Shown piece after piece: positions 14,066 to 21,750 of a stretch of DNA of 34,650 nt. The position numbers were made by a program, and so were the translations under genes. Origin of the DNA: an uncultured Candidatus Saccharibacteria bacterium (GTDB lineage Bacteria; Patescibacteriota; JAUYIX01); assembly GCA_964503525.1 (NCBI GenBank), contig CAZCZY010000078.1, positions 1-34,650 of the forward strand, read 5' to 3'. The notes under the pieces were generated by a model that worked only from the letters and a program-made list of their open reading frames with translations, was not told the origin of the DNA and did not search any database. How positions within the stretch are numbered: the first letter of the stretch is position 1; each line of letters opens with the position of its first letter.

Positions 14066-16384
14066 TTAAACGTTGGCTACAATTTCTTTAGCAAGCTTAC
14101 CAAAGCCTTTTAGAACTAATCCCGTTGCAAGGCGCCGCGCGCTGACACTTCCTGTGATATTCCACTCCGGAACCGATACATCATTAGCTTTGGCGATTTC
14201 CTTGCTTGCTTCCAGAATTTGTCGGTTGCTTGGGTTAACCCCGTGGTCCACATACCATTGACGAACAGTATTCCAGATGTTTTTGGAGACCACGCGAGCA
14301 TTATCGACCGCTTCTGGACTCGTAGGAGCCTCAAGGCTGGCCGCATGGCCGGCGGCCTCGGTCAACGTCCCAACCACCTCTTTACCGCCCTGTATGGCCC
14401 CTCTGGTGGCTATTTTGGTACCTAGAGCCTTGGCACCGGCTGCACTGGCCGGTTTGAGCCATACTAGGGCCGCACCACCAGCCGCAAGGGCAAGCTCAGC
14501 CGAACCCCAGACGTAGCGCTTCCAATACTCCGGATCGATATTTTCTCGGAAAGCCTTGGCTAACTCGGCACCGTCGATTTTTTGGTTTTCTGCCGCGGCT
14601 TTTTCTAATTCCGTTTTTAGGTGTGCGCGAACTTGTTCAATGCGTTTTTCTAAAACATCTGCGGTTTTTTCGCCGCGATAGGTGCGCATGCTACCAAAGC
14701 GGCTCATTTTTCCCAGTCGGTCGCGCAATTGCGTGGTTGCAGAATCGATCAGAGCCTCGCGGTAGATTTCATTATTTCTATACCGAACCGCCGCACCGCT
14801 GTAATTTTCTGCAATATTTTTTGCAATCTCGTTGGTGCGATATCTAAATGCTTCTGCTTGGCGCCACTCGAGCCATGACATAGTGAGTGCACCTTTGAGG
14901 CGCTCACGAAGAAAACGCGCTTTAGGAGTTTCTGCGGCTTTGCGCGCTTTTTCGACGGCTTGCGCAAAGCCGCTGGGAACTTTTGCGTCAGGTTTTGCTT
15001 CTGGTTTGGCTTCGGGGGTTTTTGCAGCTTCTGGTGCGACGGCGGTTTCCGCAGCCTTTCCCTTGCGGAAATAGTTGATCAGTCCAAACAAGCCAGCTTT
15101 TTCGGCGGCTTGTCGCAAATAACTTTTAACCAAACTTTCTTTACCAACGCGCTCGACCGTTTCTGGTTGCACTCCCGAGATCACCGCCTCCCCCACTTTG
15201 TTTTCTATATCACCAGCTTTGGTGGCTATTTCGCCTGCGGGTTCGAGTACTTTTGCGACGAGTTCAGCTTCTTGCTGCCGACCAGCGACGATGGCGTCCC
15301 AGGCTTCGTCACTAGAATCTTTTTCTCTTAATTTAACATCATTTTCTGGGCCACCAGTTGCGCGAGCGATGCGTTGGACACGCGTCTCCGCGTCCTGAAA
15401 ATCGGCCTCGATCTTTTTGGCGGCAGCAACCGCATCATCGCGATCGACCCCTTCAGATTTTTGTATTTCACCGATGAGCACGCCCTGCTCGACTAACTCT
15501 GCGACTGCTACTGCACCCGACGCCGCTGTTCGGGCATAGTCATCAAAACTGGGCGCCTCAAGTACGCGAGTGAGTTCCGCCGGAATTTCTTCTGATTGCT
15601 CAATTGTCTCAGAAGTGCGAATGTCGGCCGCTAGATCCCCGCCGTCCAAAAAATCGTCGCTCGTTGGTGTTCGTGCAATGTCAGGAAGCACTGGAATTTC
15701 TGCAAGCCGTGGCGAAAATTCTCGCAACTCCTCCGGCAGTTCAGCAGGCACGGCACGACGAGTGCCCGAAATTTGCTCGAGCACTTCAAAAAATTGGTTC
15801 GCCTCTTTTAGAATTTGAATGCGGTCGTGCCGCAACGTTGCACGCTGAAGTTTTTGTAAGTAAAGGCGTCTAAAAACTTTTTGTTGCGAGGTCGGCAGCG
15901 CATGTTGCATCTTGGTTGATGTGCCTGCTTCGCTTAAATACACTGCGTCACCTGAGTAGTAAAAATTTGCAAAGGGAATTTCTCGCGCCTCGAGTCCCCT
16001 CTTGGTTCTAACAACAATCGTTGCCATCGGTTCGATCCCCGCACGACGCTCGTGTGTTTCTTTTTTAGGTGCGACGACAGGCAAAACCAGCTCTTGTTTC
16101 GGTACCTGCACTTCTTTTGGTGTTTCCACTTCGGCTGGCGCGGCCTCTGTTACTGGCGGCACCGTGGCGGCTTGCTCCAATTTTTCTCGTCCAAGCTCCG
16201 TTATATTTTTTCCAGTTCCAAACTCAGCTAGCAACTCACCTCGCTGTTTCTTGATTTTTCCTTTATCACGAACAAGTTTAAGACCAGACTCCGGCGCTGC
16301 CGAAGCAGCTTTTGGAGTTGGTTTGTGAAGTTTTTCGGAATCTTCTTGTGCGCTGGTTCGCTCTGGATTGGAAGTGTTAGTCAC
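14066..16384 (-). CDS. 772-aa hypothetical protein, largely low-complexity/helical, with a weak LysM-like C-terminus
   Basis: Long uninterrupted ORF from GTG. The Pro/Glu/Lys/Ala-rich N-terminus and internal PEAAKTPEAKPEAKPDAK tract separate helical blocks. One Ala/Gly-rich weakly hydrophobic segment (ELALAAGGAALVWL). The C-terminal NIWNTVRQWYVDHGVNPSNRQILEASKEIAKANDVSV...LATGLVL loosely resembles LysM. No catalytic motif recognised. Confidence 0.7.
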   Translation of the reverse strand: MTNTSNPERTSAQEDSEKLHKPTPKAASAAPESGLKLVRDKGKIKKQRGELLAEFGTGKNITELGREKLEQAATVPPVTEAAPAEVETPKEVQVPKQELVLPVVAPKKETHERRAGIEPMATIVVRTKRGLEAREIPFANFYYSGDAVYLSEAGTSTKMQHALPTSQQKVFRRLYLQKLQRATLRHDRIQILKEANQFFEVLEQISGTRRAVPAELPEELREFSPRLAEIPVLPDIARTPTSDDFLDGGDLAADIRTSETIEQSEEIPAELTRVLEAPSFDDYARTAASGAVAVAELVEQGVLIGEIQKSEGVDRDDAVAAAKKIEADFQDAETRVQRIARATGGPENDVKLREKDSSDEAWDAIVAGRQQEAELVAKVLEPAGEIATKAGDIENKVGEAVISGVQPETVERVGKESLVKSYLRQAAEKAGLFGLINYFRKGKAAETAVAPEAAKTPEAKPEAKPDAKVPSGFAQAVEKARKAAETPKARFLRERLKGALTMSWLEWRQAEAFRYRTNEIAKNIAENYSGAAVRYRNNEIYREALIDSATTQLRDRLGKMSRFGSMRTYRGEKTADVLEKRIEQVRAHLKTELEKAAAENQKIDGAELAKAFRENIDPEYWKRYVWGSAELALAAGGAALVWLKPASAAGAKALGTKIATRGAIQGGKEVVGTLTEAAGHAASLEAPTSPEAVDNARVVSKNIWNTVRQWYVDHGVNPSNRQILEASKEIAKANDVSVPEWNITGSVSARRLATGLVLKGFGKLAKEIVANV

Positions 16385-16391
16385 AAAACAT

Positions 16392-16420
16392 ATTTTATCA
16401 CGTGTTTATAGATAAGTCAA
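16392..16420 (-). promoter_or_regulatory. sigma70-like promoter placed for a leaderless or near-leaderless transcript of the 772-aa gene
   Basis: On the minus strand: TTGACT (16420-16415), 17-nt spacer, TAAAAT (16397-16392). The GTG start at 16384 lies 7 nt downstream of the -10. Confidence 0.5.
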
Positions 16421-16528
16421 GTACAGTAGCCGAAAGTTCAAAGAGTAAATGCAACACGTTGCCACAATATATAAAACAAGTTAGCGTGCGAAATAGAAAG
16501 TACTTTGAAAAGAAAGGAAGTGGCATCG

Positions 16529-17170
16529 ATGTCCGGCACCACCCGTCGTCGATTACGACCTGTTCGCCGCCAAAAAAAACACAGCGCGGAGCAAATATTG
16601 CTCCCTGGCATGGCGCACTTTATGCGCAACGTCTCCACAAAAAACGTTTACGAGCGTTTGCTTGAGCGCGACTCCACCTGCCTGGAGGCAATTCAATGGC
16701 TCACGCGCAATCATCTCATCGCAGCCGGCAATCAGTACCAAAACGCCGAAGCGCGGGAGGAGCAGCTCAAACATGCTAGGCGTTTGTTGCGGCGCTGGCC
16801 CGATTCTCGTCGCGATAGTCTGTACTACGTCATGTGTCGCACGGTGTTGACCATCTTGGAGGCACACCTCGCGCAACCGGACGAAGCACAGTTGTTTGAG
16901 CGGGTCATCCAGCAATTTAAACCCGACAATGATTGGACGGGCACTACAAACGCGGACTTTCTGTTCCGGATAGGTGCCGCCTACTATCATCGTGGCCGCG
17001 TGCACGAACGTGCTACTTCGGGCAGCGGCATCCCTGACTTGCAAGCTGCGTTCACACTGGTGAATTTCGCTGTTCGAGTATTTCCATCACATCGCGGCTA
17101 TCGTCGGCACCTGCAAACGATCGCTGGGTTACTACAGACAACGCATGTACTCGACATGCCTGTCGAGTAA
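16529..17170 (+). CDS. hypothetical protein with Arg-rich N-terminus and helical-repeat-like body
   Basis: ATG at 16529 lies 8 nt after AAGGAAG. The ORF opens at TTG 16505. Begins MSGTTRRRLRPVRRQKK. Helical segments (e.g. FLFRIGAAYYHRGRVHE) are TPR-like at best. A strong terminator follows. Confidence 0.6.
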   Translation: MSGTTRRRLRPVRRQKKHSAEQILLPGMAHFMRNVSTKNVYERLLERDSTCLEAIQWLTRNHLIAAGNQYQNAEAREEQLKHARRLLRRWPDSRRDSLYYVMCRTVLTILEAHLAQPDEAQLFERVIQQFKPDNDWTGTTNADFLFRIGAAYYHRGRVHERATSGSGIPDLQAAFTLVNFAVRVFPSHRGYRRHLQTIAGLLQTTHVLDMPVE

Positions 17171-17172
17171 TA

Positions 17173-17202
17173 AGAGCTCTCAAACTTTGGGAGCTCTTTT
17201 TT
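17173..17202 (+). terminator. rho-independent terminator shared by convergent genes
   Basis: AGAGCTCTC-aaacttt-GGGAGCTCT forms a 9-bp stem with one G-U pair, followed by T6. It lies immediately 3' of the minus-strand relE-like stop as well. Confidence 0.75.
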
Positions 17203-17464
17203 AGTTATCGTAGGCCTCGCGTCGATGCTTGATCGTGAGAATAAACAGTATGGTTATTTCACCGTGTGCATCATTACGGAAGATAGCCCGATAATCGCCG
17301 CTCCTAAATCGGAAAAGGCCCCTGAGTTCGCCAGATAACGGCTTAGCAAACGTAAGTAGCTTGCCTGTCGCGCAATAGGTACCAATTTTATTAATTATCC
17401 TCTTGCGTATTTGAGTGTCGAGTGCATCGAGTGCGCAGCGCCTCAACAGCATACCGCGCCTCAT
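17201..17464 (-). CDS. RelE/ParE-family type II toxin-like protein; the N-terminus appears split by a frameshift
   Basis: 87-aa ORF with the RelE/ParE core LDTQIRKRIINKI...LSGELRGLFRFRSGDYRAIFRNDAHGEITILFILTIKHRREAY. The expected N-terminal strand MKYEARYAVEALR is encoded from ATG 17471 in a different frame. Confidence 0.6.
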   Translation of the reverse strand: MRRGMLLRRCALDALDTQIRKRIINKIGTYCATGKLLTFAKPLSGELRGLFRFRSGDYRAIFRNDAHGEITILFILTIKHRREAYDN

Positions 17465-17495
17465 ACTTCATAAGCCGTACTGCTTCTAAACTTCG

Positions 17496-20123
17496 CTAAT
17501 TAGTGCAATAGGAATAGCCGCAGGATTGGCAAAGCGCACAACCCTCTTGGATCGCCATATGGCCACGACACTCTGGGCACGAGGTCGACTGCGTTGCTCC
17601 GCCAAATTCCGCCATAGTCGCTGCACCTGGGCCGGTCCCCTTGCCTGCCGCTACATTTGCATCTGCGGTAACGACGGCCTTAACTTTGGCTTTGACTGTT
17701 GCACGAACTGCCGACGTGAGTACTTTTTTTGGCTCTGCTACTGGCGCACTGTTCGCATGGGTAGAAGCAGTACCGGAGTGCTGCGGTTGTTGTTCGTGCG
17801 TGTGCTCCATCCAGTCCCGGAGTAATCCAGTGTCGACCGTAATTGGTATCTCAAGTTGCTTGGCGCCTGCGCGTGAATTTGCCGCGGCCAAGATTTTTTC
17901 TTTGATAACGTTGTTGGACGGCACATTAAAGGTAACTTTTTTGAGTAGTGCCTTGGTTTTTTGCGTTTGTAAAACTTGTTGGTCGCGACTGCCATCGCGG
18001 AACATCGTCACGCCCTTTAATCCAAATTTGTACGCCAACATGTATGTGTCTCGAACATCGTCAACCGCTGCCTCGTGCGCAAAGTTAATGGTCTTGCTCA
18101 CGGCATTGTCGCAGTGTCGCTGAAAAGCGGCCTGCATGCGTAAGTGCCAATACGGCTTGATATCCTGCGCAGTTACAAACAAACGACGCACATCAGCTGG
18201 AATTTCTTCGATATGTTGGATGGTGCCTTCTTCGGCAACTTTGCGCATCAATTGTTCGGAATAAAAGCCGCGCTCTTTTGCAATCGCTTCAAAATATGGG
18301 TTGATGTACAGCAATTCTTGTCCGTCCATGACGTTCTTGATAAATGTCACGGCAAAAATTGGTTCGATACCGGAGCTGCAATCGGCAATCATTGAGATTG
18401 TTCCGGTCGGTGCAATCGTTGTGGTTGTACAGTTGCGCAATTTGGGCCCACCCGGTACGTCATAAACACTCCCCCGCCAGTTCTTAAATACACCGCGAGT
18501 GTCGGCAAGGTCAATGGCTGCTTTTTTGGACTCGATGTTGATAAAGCGCATCAATTTTTCACCAAGCTGGTTGGCTTCCTCAGTGTCGTACGAGATTCCC
18601 ATTGCAAGGAGCATGTCCGCAAAGCCCATCACTCCAAGACCAATGCGCCGATTCTCCGTCGCAATTTTTTGGATCTGTGGGAGCGGGTAGCGGTTCATGG
18701 TGACAACATTGTCGAGGAAGTGAATGGACGTATGGGTAGCCTTGGCGAGTTCGTCCCAGAGGATGCGGTCATCTACGTTTTTGCTCTTGGCTGCAGATCC
18801 TTTCGCACCTCCTGATCCCATCACCGCCGCACCTGGTTTTATAAATTTTGCCAAATTGATCGAACCCAAATTGCAAGCTTCATACGGCAAGAGCGGCTGC
18901 TCACCACACGGGTTGGTCGATTCCATTTCGCCAAGGCGCGGCGTTGGGTTGTCGCGGTTGATACGGTCGATAAAGACAATGCCGGGGTCGCCCGTGCGCC
19001 ATGCGCTCGCTACTAGCAAATCAAAAACCTGTTTGGCTGGCAACCACTGCACGACGTTGCCACTGCGGGGGTTGATGAGTGGGTAATCGGCATTTTGTTC
19101 GACCGCTTGCATAAACTTCTCAGTGACCGCAACCGAAATATTAAAATTGGTCATTTCGGAGAGGTCTTGTTTGAGCGTAATAAAATCCAGCACGTCGGGG
19201 TGATCAACCCGCAGGATTGCCATGTTGGCGCCGCGACGCTTGCCACCTTGCTTGATGACATCGGTTGCCGCATTAAAAACGCGCATAAAGGAGACCGGAC
19301 CGCTCGCAACGCCTCGCGTCGACATGACCATGTCATTACGCGGTCGAAGTCGCGAAAAACCAAAACCGGTTCCACCGCCGGACTGGTGAATGATGGCTGC
19401 ATGTTTTACAGAATCAAAAATTCCCTCGAGCGAGTCTTCAACCGGGAGGACAAAACAGGCGGAGAGTTGTTGGAGCTCGTTGCCAGCGTTCATGAGCGTT
19501 GGAGAGTTGGGCATAAAAACCATGTCCGCCATAATGTCGAAAAATTCTTTGGCGGTTTTTTCTACGGTCTGCCGGTCCGCGCCATATTCGGCGTCCCCTT
19601 GCGCGATGTTGTTAGCGACGCGCCAAAAAAGTCCGTCAGGCGTTTCTATGATGCGACCATTTTCGTCCTTGCGGAGATAGCGTTCTTTGAGGACTTTGGC
19701 CGAGTTTACTGAGATTTTGACACGGCCGGAGACTTCACGACCAAGAATCGCACGCTTGGCGGCGCGATATTCCGCGTGCTTTTGGCGATATAAAATATAT
19801 GACTTGGCAACTTTGGCTTGGCCGGAGTCAATCAGAACTATTTCTACGATATCTTGAATTTGTTCGACCGTGGGGATGGCCCTGCCAAATTTATCCCCGA
19901 CAATACCCAAAACACGCTTACTCAATTTGTCGGCAAGTTTTTGATCGTCGATTTTTTCTGACTTGAGCGCTTTATAAATCGCAGATGTGATTTTTGCACG
20001 ATCAAAATCCGCTATTCTACCGTCGCGCTTTTTTACTTGTGCTCGTTGGTCGGCCTGCGAGGATTTTTTTGCCGGGTGGGCTGTGTGGGATAGTGCGGAA
20101 GTGCGGGGGGACATTTTTGTCAA
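17496..20123 (-). CDS. nrdJ: adenosylcobalamin-dependent (class II) ribonucleotide reductase with N-terminal ATP-cone and C-terminal zinc ribbon
   Basis: 875 aa. ATP-cone VKKRDGRIADFDRAKITSAIYKAL. Core motifs FMPNSPTLMNAG, SACFVLPVEDS, NPCGEQPLLPYEACNLGSINL, TTIAPTGTIS and SKTINF. C-terminal CPECRGHMAIQEGCALCQSCGYSYC. The start is either TTG 20123 or ATG 20114. Confidence 0.92.
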   Translation of the reverse strand: MTKMSPRTSALSHTAHPAKKSSQADQRAQVKKRDGRIADFDRAKITSAIYKALKSEKIDDQKLADKLSKRVLGIVGDKFGRAIPTVEQIQDIVEIVLIDSGQAKVAKSYILYRQKHAEYRAAKRAILGREVSGRVKISVNSAKVLKERYLRKDENGRIIETPDGLFWRVANNIAQGDAEYGADRQTVEKTAKEFFDIMADMVFMPNSPTLMNAGNELQQLSACFVLPVEDSLEGIFDSVKHAAIIHQSGGGTGFGFSRLRPRNDMVMSTRGVASGPVSFMRVFNAATDVIKQGGKRRGANMAILRVDHPDVLDFITLKQDLSEMTNFNISVAVTEKFMQAVEQNADYPLINPRSGNVVQWLPAKQVFDLLVASAWRTGDPGIVFIDRINRDNPTPRLGEMESTNPCGEQPLLPYEACNLGSINLAKFIKPGAAVMGSGGAKGSAAKSKNVDDRILWDELAKATHTSIHFLDNVVTMNRYPLPQIQKIATENRRIGLGVMGFADMLLAMGISYDTEEANQLGEKLMRFINIESKKAAIDLADTRGVFKNWRGSVYDVPGGPKLRNCTTTTIAPTGTISMIADCSSGIEPIFAVTFIKNVMDGQELLYINPYFEAIAKERGFYSEQLMRKVAEEGTIQHIEEIPADVRRLFVTAQDIKPYWHLRMQAAFQRHCDNAVSKTINFAHEAAVDDVRDTYMLAYKFGLKGVTMFRDGSRDQQVLQTQKTKALLKKVTFNVPSNNVIKEKILAAANSRAGAKQLEIPITVDTGLLRDWMEHTHEQQPQHSGTASTHANSAPVAEPKKVLTSAVRATVKAKVKAVVTADANVAAGKGTGPGAATMAEFGGATQSTSCPECRGHMAIQEGCALCQSCGYSYCTN

Positions 20124-20429
20124 TTTAAAGAATAAAAATGGTGACGCATCGTTCTATTCCCCGCTTGGAGCGCGGACAAAAAGTGGAGTTTTTGGAGGGA
20201 AGGATTGATCTAGGCTTTCCTAGAAATTTGCTTTTGGCGATGGCCAAATCACCTTTCGGAACTCTAACATACGCACCAAAAAATGAATGCAGAAAACGTG
20301 TAAAAAAAGTGTGGATAAGGTAGGTTTTTTCTCTTTTTTTTGCTCGAACTCAAACGATTTCGTGGCGCGAAAAAAAACCGGCCCAATCAAGCCACGGTTT
20401 GTGAAAACGGACAATGCTGTCGTAAATAT

Positions 20430-21221
20430 TTAGTCCCGAAATCGATATTTCACGATCGTCCAAAGCGCCTTGACTCCGTCCTTCCAGCCGATTTTTTTGC
20501 CTTCGTTGTAATCGCGGCCGGCATACGAGATAGGGACTTCGTAGACCCGACAATGCATTTTGGCGACCTTGGCGGTGATCTCAGGCTCAAAATCAAAACG
20601 GTTTGATTTGAGGTTTATTTTTTTGATGACGTCGCTCTTAAAAACCTTGTAGCAGACTTCCATGTCAGTCAGGTTGAGGTTGGTCATCATGTTAGAGAGC
20701 GTCGTCAGCATCTGATTGGCGATCATGTGCCAAAAAAGATGTACGCGGTGCGCTCCCCCTCCCACAAAGCGCGAACCAAAAACTACATCGGCTTTGCCCT
20801 CGAGAATTGGCGCAAGCAAGGTGTGATATTCGCGCGGATCGTATTCGAGGTCAGCGTCCTGGATAATGGCGTAGTCGCCGGTGATATGTTGGATCGCCGT
20901 GCGTACCGCAGCACCCTTGCCTTTGTTTTTTTCGTGGTAAAAGACTTTTACGTCAGAAAAAATGTTTTCTAATTTGGCTCGTAAAATATCTCTCGTACCA
21001 TCGGTAGAGCCATCGTCTACGAGGATAATTTCCTTGGTAATATCAATGGCACGAACCCGCTGCACGATCTCCTCGATCGTTTTGGCCTCGTTGTAGACGG
21101 GAATTAAGACAGAAAGCGTATAGGTAGTTGCTTTAGGATCAATTCTACTCGGCCCCTGCGCTACCGCAGGGGCCCTGGCAACGATATTGAGGGGTGTATT
21201 GACGCTCGTTGTGGTTTGCAT
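20430..21221 (-). CDS. GT2 glycosyltransferase, polyprenol-phosphate sugar synthase-like (GtrB/DPM1-like)
   Basis: [48 protein letters not shown], and a short soluble C-terminus. About 34 aa of N-terminal extension. Confidence 0.85.
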   Translation of the reverse strand: MQTTTSVNTPLNIVARAPAVAQGPSRIDPKATTYTLSVLIPVYNEAKTIEEIVQRVRAIDITKEIILVDDGSTDGTRDILRAKLENIFSDVKVFYHEKNKGKGAAVRTAIQHITGDYAIIQDADLEYDPREYHTLLAPILEGKADVVFGSRFVGGGAHRVHLFWHMIANQMLTTLSNMMTNLNLTDMEVCYKVFKSDVIKKINLKSNRFDFEPEITAKVAKMHCRVYEVPISYAGRDYNEGKKIGWKDGVKALWTIVKYRFRD

Positions 21222-21278
21222 GCGATGTGCCGGAGAATACCTTCTCCCGGGCTAAGCATCAAGGCCCGAGCCAAAGAA

Positions 21279-21707
21279 TCACGCCGCGGGTTGCTTTTCC
21301 GGTGAGGACCTAAAAGTCCAGGCGCGGTTGAGAAAAAATGTTCCCACACCAACAACGCCCATCAGCATGACTTTAAAAACAAGGTCTTCCTTGTCGCCCA
21401 CGATTTGCTCAAGTGGTAACAAGACCAGTGTCGGCAATGCCACCTGTTGAAAGACGTAGGCCAGAATAGCGATGGTGTAAAACTTGGGGAGTTCGCGCTT
21501 GAGAGTGGAGTGCGATTTTTGTTTAAAAGTCCAGTATTTATTCCAAAAAAAGTTATTGGTGACGCCGAGAGCGGCGCTCACAAGATTGGCCGGAATTAAG
21601 TCCACAGAAAGTTTTCTGGTGAGAAACCAAAATGTCCCGAGGTCCAAGGCAGCTCCCATCAGGCCAACGGTCAGGTACTTGCTAAATTGAAAAATGGTTC
21701 GGCGCAT
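21279..21707 (-). CDS. GtrA family membrane protein
   Basis: 142 aa, 4 TM. GtrA-like: FSKYLTVGLMGAALDLGTFWFL ... GVTNNFFWNKYWTF ... GTFFLNRAWTF. Confidence 0.8.
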   Translation of the reverse strand: MRRTIFQFSKYLTVGLMGAALDLGTFWFLTRKLSVDLIPANLVSAALGVTNNFFWNKYWTFKQKSHSTLKRELPKFYTIAILAYVFQQVALPTLVLLPLEQIVGDKEDLVFKVMLMGVVGVGTFFLNRAWTFRSSPEKQPAA

Positions 21708-21750
21708 AAATCCTCGTACGTGTGGCTAAATAGAACTTTGCGAGTGTACC

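Noticed and set aside
14960-15075. Repetitive-looking DNA inside the 772-aa gene, encoding PEAAKTPEAKPEAKPDAK
   Set aside because: It is a low-complexity coding tract with imperfect short periodicity, not a discrete DNA repeat element.
16553-17044. 163-aa minus-strand ORF opposite the 16529-17170 gene
   Set aside because: It has no start context or terminator. The plus-strand ORF has an SD and a strong terminator. This is less certain than the other cases because neither product has a recognisable family.
17171-17495. Search for an antitoxin ORF flanking the RelE-like gene
   Set aside because: Only 24-31 nt separate it from the nrdJ stop upstream, and 30 nt of terminator lie downstream. No ORF fits, so the toxin is reported as orphan rather than as a TA pair.
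20124-20429. Cobalamin riboswitch or NrdR operator upstream of nrdJ
   Set aside because: I could find no B12-box (GCCACTG) on the transcribed strand and no pair of 16-bp ACAC...GTGT palindromes. The GTGT-a7-GTGT at about 20298-20313 is a direct repeat, not an inverted one. An Infernal scan is needed to be sure.
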